Below are positions 52,601 to 64,000 of a stretch of 64,000 bases of DNA, piece by piece. The notes below the pieces were generated by a model. The model was not told where the DNA came from, made no database searches, and was given only the letters and a program-made list of their open reading frames with translations. The position numbers and the translations under genes were made by a program. The number at the start of each line of letters is the position of its first letter. The first letter of the stretch is position 1. The stretch comes from Tubulanus polymorphus. Its lineage: Eukaryota > Animalia > Nemertea. Location: positions 23,780,150 through 23,844,149 of the forward strand of contig NC_134026.1 of NCBI RefSeq assembly GCF_964204645.1, read 5' to 3'.

Positions 52601-55600
52601 ACTGATTGATCCAATTAATGGGCACGTCGTGACCGAAGATGGTATTCAATTTGGCGATGAAGCGATTTACAACTGCAGTGTTGGTTTCACATTGAATGGC
52701 ATTGCATCAAGAACTTGTACATTAAACGGTACATGGAGTGGGGAAATACCAATTTGTACAGGTATGATTTGAAAGAAATTTCCTAAGTGGAACTGTAAAC
52801 CATCTTGTATCACAACAGTAGACAATATCATTTCAGTAACCACATGTATGCCCTTAGCAAATCCATCAAATGGAAATGTGAACATCTCTAATGGTTTATC
52901 ATATGGAAGCGTTGCAACTTATTCTTGCTCTTCCTGCTACAAACTCACAGGAAAGTCTACAAGCAGAACATGTGAAGTAGATGGAAAATGGACAAGCGTT
53001 GAACCAGTTTGTCAAGGTATGGTGATCCCAGAAATGAAGAAGATATTACATTCAATATCGCTTATATCGCGGTGATAATTTGTTATTTAGAGGTTAAATG
53101 CGCAAATCCACGTGAGATTAGAAATGGAAAAATGAGTTCCACATCAACGACTTGTGGATCTATTGTAAAGTATGACTGTGATGAAGGATTTCATTTCGGC
53201 AGTCAGATCACTGAGACGTCGGCATCTATATCCTGCCAGGAAAATGGGCAATGGAATGCTGAAGTCGGAGACTGCACAGGTAAGATCCTTCGAGAGAAAC
53301 ATCTTGATATTTCATAGAAGCGTATGATTATTGGAGGAAAGCTACCTTCGTGTTCAGTGTTTGTGGATAACACAATGTAATTTTGCTTTTAATCTAGTAA
53401 ATACATGCCAGTCGTTAGTAAATCCATCACATGGAAAGGTAGCCTTATCTGACAGTTTATCATACGGAAGCACTGCAACTTATTCCTGTTCTTCCTGTTA
53501 CAAACTAACTGGAAAGTCGTCGAAGAGAATTTGCAGAGCTGATGGAAAATGGACCGGTACTGAAACAGTTTGCAAAGGTATGGCAATCGCACAAACGAGA
53601 AAATGAAAAAAAGTATATGTATTCAGAAATACCTATGTAGTCGCATGATTTTGTTATATAGAGGTTGAATGCTCGAATCCTCTCGGAATTGCAAATGGAA
53701 ATATGAGTTTCACGTCAACGACATGTGGATCTATTGTGAAATACGACTGTGATAAAGGGTTTCATTTCGGCAGTCAGATTTCTGAGACATCGGCATCTAT
53801 ATCCTGCCAGGAAAATGGGCAATGGAATGCTGAAGTCGGAGACTGCACAAGTAAGATCCTTCGAGAGGAACATCTTGATATTTCATAGAAGCGTATGATT
53901 ATTGGAGGAAAACTACCTTTGTGTTCAGTGTTTGTGAGTAACACAAATATGTCATTTTGCTTTTGTTCTAGTAAATACATGCCCATCGTTAGCAAGACCA
54001 TCAAATGGAAAGGTAGCCTTATCTGACAGTTTATCATATGGAAGCATTGCAACTTATTCCTGTTCTTCCTGTTACAAACTAACTGGAAAATCGTCGAAGA
54101 GAATTTGTGGAGCTGATGGAAAATGGACCGGTACTGAACCAGTTTGCAAAGGTATGGCCATTGCACAAACGAGAAAATTTAAAAAAGTATATATATTCAG
54201 AAATACCTATGTAGTAGCATGATTTTGTTATATAGAGGTTGAATGCTCGAATCCTTTCGGAATTGCAAATGGAACTATGAGTTTCACATCAACGACTTGT
54301 GGATCTATTGTGAAATACGACTGTGATAAAGGGTTTCATTTCGGCAGTCAGATCACTGAGACGTCGGCATCTATATCCTGCCAGGAAAATGGGCAATGGA
54401 ATGCTGAAGTCGGAGATTGCACAGGTACGATCTTTCGGGAGGAACATCTTGATATTTCATAGAAACATATGATTTTCGAAGGAAAATTACCTTCGTGTTC
54501 AGTTTTCGGAAGTAACACAAATATGTCATTTTGCTATTTGTTCTAGGAAATACGTGCCAGTCGTTAGCAAGTCCATCAAATGGAAATGTGGCTCTATCTG
54601 ACAAGTTATCATATGGAAGCACTGCAACTTATTCTTGCTCTTCCTGTTACAAACTAACTGGAAAATCAACGAAGAGAATTTGTAAAGCTGACGGAAAATG
54701 GACAGGACTTGAACCAGTTTGTGAAGGTATGGCCATCTCAGATATAAGAAAATGAGAAAAAATATATGCCTTCAGAAATGTAGTTGCATTATTTTGTCAC
54801 ATAGAGGTTAAATGCACAAATCCACTCGGAATTGCAAATGGAAATATGATTTTCACATCAACGACTTGTGGATCTATTGTGAAATACGACTGTGATAAAG
54901 GGTTTCATTTCGGAAGTCAGATTTCTGAGACGTCGGCGTTTATATCCTGCCAAGAAAATGGGCAATGGAATTCTGAAGTCGGAGACTGCACAGGTAAGAT
55001 CCTTCGGGAGGAATATCTTGATATTTCATAGAAGCGTATGATTATTGGAGGAGAGCTACCTTCGTGTTCAGTGTTTGTGGGTAACACAAATATGTCATTT
55101 TGCTTTTAATCTAGTAAATACGTGCCAGTCGTTAGCAAGTCCATCACATGGAAAGGTAGCCTTATCTGACAGTTTATCATATGGAAGCACTGCAACTTAT
55201 TCCTGTTCTTCCTGTTACAAACTAACTGGAAAATCGTCGAAGAGAATTTGCAGAGCTGATGGAAAATGGACCGGTACTGAACCAGTTTGCAAAGGTATGG
55301 CCATCGCACAAACAAGAAAATGAAAAAAATATATATATTCAGAAATACCTATGTAGTTGCATGATTTTTCTTATATAGAGGTTGAATGCTCGAATCCTCT
55401 CGGAATTGCAAACGGAACTATGAGTTTCACATCAACGACTTGTGGATCTATTGTGAAATACGACTGTGATAAAGGATTTCATTTCGGCAGTCAGATTTCT
55501 GAAAGATCGGCGCTTATATCCTGCCAGGAAAATGGGCAATGGAATTCTGAAGTCGGAGATTGTACAGGTAAGATCCTTCGAGAGGAACATCTTGATATTT

Positions 55601-58063
55601 CATAGAAGTATGATTTTTGGAGGAAAACTACCTTTGTGTTCAGTGTTTGTGGGTAACGCAAATATGTCATTTTGCTTTTGTTCTAGTAAATACATGCCAG
55701 TCGTTAGCAAGTCCATCAAATGGAAAGGTAGCCTTGTCTGACAGTTTATCATATGGAAGCACTGCAACTTATTCTTGCTCTTCCTGTTACAAACTAACTG
55801 GAAAATCAACGAAGAGAATTTGTAAAGCTGACGGAAAATGGACAGGACTTGAACCAGTTTGTGAAGGTATGGCCATCTCAGATATAAGAAAATGAGAAAA
55901 AATATATACCTTCAGAAATACCTATGTAGTTGCATTATTTTGTCACATAGAGGTTAAATGCACAAATCCACTCGGAATTGCAAATGGAAATATGAGTTTC
56001 ACATCAACGACTTGTGGATCTATTGTGAAATACGACTGTGATAAAGGGTTTCATTTCGGAAGTCAGATTTCTGAGACGTCGGCGTTTATATCCTGCCAAG
56101 AAAATAGGCAATGGAATTCTGAAGTCGGAGACTGCACAGGTAAGATCCTTCGGGAGGAATATCTTGATATTTCATAGAAGCGTATGATTATTGGAGGAGA
56201 GCTACCTACGTGTTCAGTGTTTGTGGGTAACACAAATATGTCATTTTGCTTTTAATCTAGTAAATACGTGCCAGTCGTTAGCAAGTCCATCAAATGGAAA
56301 GGTAGCCTTATCTGACAGTTTATCATATGGAAGCACTGCAACTTATTCTTGCTCTTCCTGTTACAAACTAACTGGAAAATCAACGATGAGAATTTGTAAA
56401 GCTGACGGAAAATGGACAGGACTTGAACCAGTTTGTGAAGGTTTGGCCATCTCAGATATAAGAAAATGAGAAAAAATATATACTTTCAGAAATACCTATG
56501 TAGTTGCATTATTTTGTCACATAGAGGTTAAATGCACAAATCCACTCGGAATTGCAAATGGAAATATGCGTTTCACATCGAAGACTTGTGGATCTATTGT
56601 GAAATACGACTGTGATAAAGGATTCCATTTCGGCAGTCAGATTTCTGAGACGTCGGCATCTATATCCTGCCAGGAAAATGGGCAATGGAACGCTGAAGTC
56701 GGAGACTGCACAGGTAAGATCCTTCGGGAGGAACATCTTGATATTTCATAGAAGCGTATGATTATTAGAGGAAAGCTACCTTCGTGTTCAGTGTTTGTGG
56801 GTAACACAATGTAATTTTGCTTTTAATCTAGTAAATACGTGCCAGTCGTTAGCAAGTCCATCACATGGAAAGGTAGCCTTATCTGACAGTTTATCATATG
56901 GAAGCACTGCAACTTATTCCTGTTCTTCCTGTTACAAACTTACTGGAAAATCGTCGAAGAGAATTTGTAGAGCTGATGGAAAATGGACCGGAGTTGAACC
57001 TGTTTGTGAAGGTATGATCATGTAAGAAATGATAAAATAGATATTCAGAAATGCTAATGTCATGGCGTTAATCTATGGTTTAGAAGTTAGATGCTCCGCT
57101 CCACCTGCAATTGAAAATGGAAGGATAAGTTTTACATCAACAACTTGTGGGGTGGCGCTGAAGTACGACTGTGATGAAGGATTCCATTTCGGCAGTCAGA
57201 TTTCTGAAACGTCAATATCGATTACCTGTCAGCAAAATGGCGAATGGAGTACTGAAATTGGAGATTGTAAATGTATGTTTTTACACCTGCATATTTAACT
57301 CAATTTACTATCCGGTTTACAGATATGTTAAGATCTGTTTGAATCTGAATATAGAATATATCCCTCGTATATTATTTTGCCTAGCATCAAAATGTGTCAC
57401 TTTGCTTCTTAACTTTGCAGTAAAAGAAGAACAAAAAATAGAAAATACCTCGTTGACTCCTCAGATACAAAAAACGACGTCAGCCATGAAATTCTCGTGT
57501 AAGTATTATTTGTTTAAAGGAGATATTTTGCCTTATTTTCCATGAACTTCATTGATTTCTTTTGAATTTTGATCACTTACAATTCAGATGGTGGACATAT
57601 CGAGGCAGACTCCGTTTCCGACACTAAAAGCGCGAGTATACATCAAGTGTTTCGATACTAAACATTGATTTTTGAACTAAAATTTTACAAATATTTGCTG
57701 TATTTTCTCGTCTAGATATTTTGATTATCATCGGAGGGATTGCTCTCGCTGTTATACTCGCAACTGTTCTCTTCTTGCTAGTTCGAAAAGCGCTAAAAAG
57801 GTTAGATTGATTTGGGCGATAAAAAAACTGAGGAATAGACCTCCTTAACACTTATCTATATTTCCAGGCGAAATGCTTTACCAGGGCAATGGCATCATCT
57901 TCATGACGTCGACAGGCGACCTTCGGAGAGGAACCCACCCATAAGCATCAACACGGATACCTGTCACGTTTATTACACCGCACAATGTGATGATATAGAT
58001 TGGCGGAAAAACGATTTGTACCACGACATCAAAGACGTTGAAACGTCACAAGAATTCGCTTGA
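49625..58063 (+). CDS. CUB-CUB-Sushi(~22)-TM receptor, paralogue 3
   Basis: Signal exon MTFIRIIIDLLIFIFLVECTS; two CUB exons (about 49789-50124 and 50339-50677); six unique Sushi exons, then 16 repeated Sushi exons (52837-57272); TM ILIIIGGIALAVILATVLFLLV; tail ending KNDLYHDIKDVETSQEFA*. Confidence 0.82.
52283..52520. mobile_element. Non-autonomous DNA transposon with CAGGGG termini, in an intron of paralogue 3
   Basis: TA|CAGGGGATCATTAG ... TTAGCGACACCCCTG|TA, with a G-run near the left end and C-rich sequence near the right end. Confidence 0.55.
52837..57272 (+). repeat. Intragenic tandem array: 8 units of ~560-575 bp (Sushi exon A, intron, Sushi exon B, intron)
   Basis: Near-identical exons and introns recur. 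Homologous ATGs in exon B fall at 53703, 54277, 54846, 55420, 55992 and 56566. The terminal units are more diverged. Confidence 0.95.
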
Positions 58064-59316
58064 TAAATAAATTTAATGCCAACTGTGCTGCTATGAATGC
58101 AACTTTCTTTTTCTTAATGTCATGCACAGTTTACGCGCCTTGTTAAGACGCATTTCAAATGCTTTTCAAATTAAATCTTTGGAACTTATTGATGCTTAGT
58201 ACAACAAAAAATTAATCTTATTTACTTGTACATTTTTTTTTTCATGAATCCTTAATTTAAGTGTTTTTTCCGCTATGCAATATATGCATATACATGCAAC
58301 ATGTATCATGATGGAGGTATTATGGAGTTGAAATGATATTTCTGTAGGGTTATTCCACAGCTGTAGAATGTACGAATAAAATCCACAGTGGTTTGTTCAG
58401 TAAAAATTAAGCAGAGATTCCAATATTTCATTTAACGAATCTCGCACTGAATCTAGTCTTATCTTTCAATCATGAATCCTGATATCAGCTTGGTTAACCT
58501 GGTGACACCTGTCGTCCTACGATATTCTTTATGGCAGAATAGAATGGCACGTAATCGATATATATTTCATTTAAAATTGATGCCTGCATCGTTAATTACG
58601 TGAACGCCAGCTATACGTACGCAGCCAAGTCCGATACTGCAAAACTGCAGTGCCGCTACAAACATCCAGGGACTTTATCAACGTCGGTGAGATAAACAAA
58701 ACGCGCGCGAAGGGCCCACCGACTGTGGGCGAAAGTCCTGTAAAACTGAACACAGCGTGCAATGCTGTTGTGAACAGCACAGTATGAATATCGTGGGAAT
58801 ATACAATTAATTCTACGCGCCATATATTTACACACATGATTCGAGTCGTTATTAAGAGTGCATTTTATGTTGTGTCAGTGAATATTTTGAATGGTTCTTA
58901 ATGATCACAGTCGTCGGTTGTTCTACCCGGAATGTGCTATCACGGAATAGTGAAAATAGTGTCGGTCATTGGGAGCCTAACGAGACGTAGGTTTCACTAC
59001 TGAAGAATTGTGCCGACGCAGAATCGAAAACCGCACGTAGACATTTCTACATACCCGAATAGATTATTAAGGATTACATATTTCAAAATTTTGGGATTGA
59101 TCGGCATGGACGTACTGGTATAGAGTTGTTTTTGTTATTGAGGGGTTTTGTACATTATTATGAGGACCAGTTTTTACCTGGCCTATATATAACAACAATC
59201 ATAAGAAACGTGACGATCATAGTATAACACAGGACTACCTTTTTGTAACTGAATACGTATATATTTGCCGTGTATGTGCATATATATGCTCGAAGGTGGG
59301 TGTTTTCAATATTAAT

Positions 59317-62300
59317 ATGGCGACAACTACTGACGGTGACTACGTGCCATTTCGGCCGAAGATATCGCTATTTTTTGATCAGGATGCCGAAAAATGCAGA
59401 AGATGCGAACAATCAGTGTATCACGTCGAAAAGATCGGACCGTTGAACGGAGGGGCGATCTTTCATCGAAGCTGCTTTAGATGTTCACAATGCGGACAAC
59501 ATCTTACAATCAAGACCTACCATACCAGTCCGATCTCAGCCGATACGGAAGTATACTGTTACATTCACGTACCGAAACAGAAGCCGACCAGCATCACGTA
59601 TGAAGCGGTCGGCATTAAGAATGCGATGGAATCGCAGGAAAAGAGTCGCAAGACCGTCGCGACGCCCGGAAAAGGTGCACAGATCAACATGGATGCCATG
59701 CAGATAAAAAGAGCAGTAACGGTACCAAAAGTAGCCGATATCGGTCGTCAGAAACCAATGCATATGAAGCACAATTTGGGCGCCGATGCTCTAAATATTA
59801 CTGGTCCAATGGCAGCACAAGCTTATCTGAGAGAAAACCGTCGTGCTCGATATATGAAAAATGAATACTACCCTGATTTTATTGCGGTAAGAGGCTTGGA
59901 TATGGAATCTATGAATAATTCCTGCATCTTAAAAAACGCGTGTCAGGCCTGTAATAACGTGCACTTTCGAAGGCGACGTGTAATTCACATACCCCATTGA
60001 TTTGACGTTATATCAATTGGTTCGATAACAAAACTGTCAACGTCTAACATGACGTTACTTGAAAACTTGATCTTTTGACATTTTGATAATGTGATTAACT
60101 ATGATTATCGTTTTATACGGTTATGAAAAGTCATTTTATTAATATGTGGCTACTGGGCACAAGTCAAAGTTGACAGTTATTACTAGGTATATCACTTATT
60201 CATAGGTTTTCTATATTCATTATCATTGATCCACTTTTTCGAATGCAAACGCGATTTGACCGGAAAATTAAATTCGTCGAGTATATACATGTTTTCTTTT
60301 CTTATTGTTTATTTATTTTCATACTAGCGCGGTGGATTATTTCGAAATTCAATGACTGATTTGCGTTGTACAAATCTCAACTTGTTTGTAAATTACGAAG
60401 CTATTATACCCAAACAAAGAGTCATAACCTTTATTCTACGGGACTTTTACAATTCAGCTATTAAATGTGTAATGTTTCCAATTTCGAGTATATCTAATAA
60501 TCAAATCAAACTAAATTGAAATAGAGTCACAATTAATTCTAAATATTCAAATATTCAAATTCTATGTATATCCGTCGATGTTCAGTCTTAGCTTTTGATA
60601 TGATCATTGGTTATAACTTTTCGTAAGCTAGATTTTGGTATCTAAATAAATCTTCAAAATATGGCAATGGGTATTTTCATAGTGCGTATAATATTATATA
60701 TCACACTCATTGTATGGTGCTCGTTATGTTGGAAACAACGGGCAGCTGTTATGATTATATCCCACCTGTTACATAGACGTACGTTGCTTGAGTCAAATCG
60801 GGTGTCGTTTCATCCGCAATGACTAAGTGACAGATTATTCCAGACGGGAATCATGTCAAATGTCAGAATGTGCGTGGAATACAGCCTAGAAGCGTATAAC
60901 CACTTGGTGGAACACTTTTTCCTTGGTGAGACGATATATAGAGTACCCACACTAGTATAACGAAAGATGAAATTTTTTTTAAATAGATAGATTTTTGTCA
61001 ATTTCATGCAGGAATGTACACTTCTAGGTTATATAGAAAATCCAACACTTACATAACGAAAGATGAAGTCAGAAAAGTTTCTTATAACCTAATAGTCATC
61101 ATCTGGAACATAGTATTCCTGAAGATGACTATTAGGTTATAGTCGCAACGTCGAATAATGAAATAACAAAAACCCTATTCATTTGATGCGTATAAGAACA
61201 TTCTACATAACCTAACGCATAGTGTTTTTGTGACTTCAAAACAGATATTCTACTTATGTTTATATAAATCACACATTATATAGGCTTTCGTGTTATATTT
61301 CCGTGACACTTCAAATATATACGTTGATATTAAAACGGAAAAATACTTTTACCTAATATAAATGTCAAAAAAGAAGTGCATTGCGTTGAACAACTATCAA
61401 TAGCTATTTACTCGATGACTTAAATCTTTTTTGACATCATTTACCAAAAATGTAGATTAAACTTGTTTTAGAAACAAGTGCATGAGAGAGAAATGGTTTG
61501 AATATGTGCATCGCTGAATGAAATCTTATGTGAATAAGGTTTTGACAAATCATCAAACCCGTTTGAAATACGCGCGACTATGTTCTGTTAACGAATTAAA
61601 TAGGAAGTATTTATCTGTAATAACAAATGAACGAATATAGATCGGTAATTACTATGGAATTATGCATTGCAATTTACCCATATATCGTACATTGTACAAT
61701 TTGTAGAAGAAAAAAGATGCAATCTTACAAGCGCAAAAAGAACTGGAACAAATTCAGAGAAAAGAGGAGGATCTGCTGTACAAAGAATTTCAACAAGAGC
61801 GAAGCGACGAACAATCACAACTAAAGAAAGAGCTAGACGAAGAGTGGGAATTGAAATTAAGAGATCTCACTGACAAATTCGATAAAGAAATGTCAAAGAA
61901 AAAGAAGAAATTAAACGAAAAAGACAAAAAGGTTTGAGTTTAGTAATTAAGTGATTTTGAAAATGGGTGATATGCACTGAGATTCATATAGTTTCTTAGA
62001 TTTTGAATCTCTTGACTAAATAAAATGGTATCTATTGTTTTGAGGCATTTTGAAAAATGCATAAATTAAATATTTGCATCCGCATAATTTGTTGCGATAA
62101 ACCGTCGTTTTTAATTCCTATTTTGCAGTATATGACGATGCAATTTCAAAAGGAAAAAGAATCATTAGAGAAAACCATGACAGTGAAGCAGAAGAACAAG
62201 AAGAAGTACATGACGTTGAAGATCCTCGACAAAGAACAAGCGCAGACGTCGACGCTCGTTCAGAGACACAGTAAACAGATGTTGGAACTGTTAGCTCAGA

Positions 62301-64000
62301 AGAAGGAGGAGTTAGAAAGAGAACTGGAGATTGAACTTGCCGGAGTACGTCGCGACAAAGATAATCTGTAGAAATTATATGATTTCAATTATAGTTTTGA
62401 TAGAATCGATGCTAAAAACGTTGTTGATATTTCAGCAAGAAGACAGTTTGCCTTATGAGGAAAATAAAGCGGGCGAGACGCACGAAATAAATACAGAAAC
62501 AAAAAACAAATTGTTACATTCAAATGGCGAGTTTGTCGATCCATTCATGCCGATGGCTCTCGATAATCTCGACCTACCCGTTACTCCAGGCACACCGCCT
62601 CCAAGGCCACCATCGTGCAGCAAGAAAGATATCTACGCCGACCCGAATGAGGTCTTCAGTGAGCTTGATGAGCATGTTTTTAATGTAAATATCTGCAGTT
62701 ACAGAGAAAGCCTGATCCAAGACTCTGTTCCGGTAGATTCATCATCGTTGAATAACAAACTATTCTGATTTCAGATTGCCGAAAATGAACAACAAACCTT
62801 CACAGACCTTGTCCACCAACTGACTGAAATATGTGTGAGTGACCTTGAAAAAGTTCGGTATGTGCTTGTTACTAATTATTATCTAGCTATCTCGAAATGC
62901 GGTATCGAATGTAACAGAATATGTATATTGAAAATATTTTAGAGCAATATTCCGATGGATAACCGTTAAAGATTTGAATATGATGGACATCGAAGAAATT
63001 ACTGGTGATACACCTCTAGGCTTATTACGAGGAATCAAATTTGGCACGGAGACCTACCACGTCCTATTCATGCGGTTGTGCAGGTTAATATATTTACAAC
63101 AAAAATCATATAAATTTCCATTCACTTTTTAAAATTTTAGACCATGTTACTCATAATTTCCTTCAGTTACGTTGGACTTCACTGTGTCGAGATAAAAGGC
63201 CATTCTAAAAGCGTTGGATACGAACCTGGTATGAGGATAAAAGAGAATACTTTCTTGAATACGTGGAATGCAGTTTTTGTAGATGGCGATTGGAGACTGA
63301 TTCAATGTAACTGGGGAGCTAGGTAAGATAACAGATCTTGGATGGTCATGGAGTAAACTGATGTCTCCTTGGCAAGAAAATAGTATATAATACCTCACAA
63401 CACTAACATGATAAGTTTGAGGAAGAAACCTATGATAAGAAACCTAGTATTTTCTAACCATTTTTCAGGCATCTGGTGCTCAACAAAGATGGTAACCAAC
63501 AAGAAGAACGCAGACGCAAGGGAGGCGATAAAATCCGATATCAATACGACGAACATTATTTCCTGACGGATCCTTGCGATTTCATACTCGAATTCTGGCC
63601 GTTCGAATCTCAATGGCAGCTACTCGATTCACCTATTACTTTGGAACAATTCGAATCACTGCCGTTTGTACGGTCCATCTTCTTCCATTATAAAATGCAG
63701 CTTGAATCTGGTACGAAGGCTATCATGTACAACGACGAACGCGGAGGTTCACAAATTAAACTACGGATTCCGGAAGAGCTTGTACGCGATGTTGTGTTCC
63801 ATCACCAGTTGCGATTTGCCGACGAAGCCAGGCGGGATTGGAAGGAGTACAAAGGCACGAAAATGGAACGCTTTGTATTTCAGACGACTGTTAACAACAC
63901 GATCGTGTTCAGTATACACGTACCAACCCTCGGGGAGTATTTCCTCGAGATATTTGCGAATAGAATCGACGACAGCAACCGAATTGGAAGCGACCCCAGT
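59317..64000 (+). CDS. Hillarin-like protein (LIM, coiled coil, transglutaminase-like domain), 3'-incomplete
   Basis: LIM domain CRRCEQSVYHVEKIG...FHRSCFRCSQC...VYCYIH; charged coiled-coil exons at 61687-62345; SDLEKVRAIFRWITVKDLN, KGHSKSVGYEPG, WNAVFVDGDWRLIQCNWGAR and YDEHYFLTDP. The frame is open at the window end. Confidence 0.85.
61075..61153. mobile_element. Palindromic remnant with decayed hammerhead-ribozyme-like cores (Penelope-like terminal repeat)
   Basis: 26-bp inverted arms around a 7-nt spacer. The plus strand reads CTGAAGA-T-GACTAT(taggtt)ATAGTC-GCAAC-GTCG. Confidence 0.4.

Noticed and set aside
53341-57000. Regularly spaced repeats as a CRISPR array or satellite
   Set aside because: The units are ~574-bp exon-intron duplications encoding Sushi domains, with no unique spacers and no cas genes.
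58980-59040. CTGAAGA-hairpin-CGAAA hammerhead-like motif upstream of hillarin
   Set aside because: Stem II is out of register and stem I is essentially absent.

Overview
This is AT-rich genomic DNA from an animal (short GT-AG introns; the gene content suggests a marine invertebrate, probably a lophotrochozoan). It is not prokaryotic, and no rRNA, tRNA or CRISPR array was found. Genes in order: CLIP-170/CLIP1-like (minus, 576-19763); a NIT-domain receptor guanylyl cyclase (plus); BTF3/beta-NAC (minus) head-to-head with TOE1 (plus); the histone chaperone NASP (minus); three tandem paralogous CUB-CUB-Sushi(n)-TM receptors (plus); and the 5' part of hillarin (plus, runs off the window end). Several MITEs, a decayed LINE 3' end, a long palindrome and microsatellites are also present. 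Most notable: (i) the third receptor carries eight ~574-bp exon-intron repeats encoding Sushi pairs, each domain with one extra cysteine positioned for a possible inter-domain disulfide; (ii) a hidden cassette exon in the CLIP gene creates a split TG|A stop right after a CaaX box (CLVS), predicting a prenylated short isoform. All exon models were read by eye and need RNA-seq confirmation.
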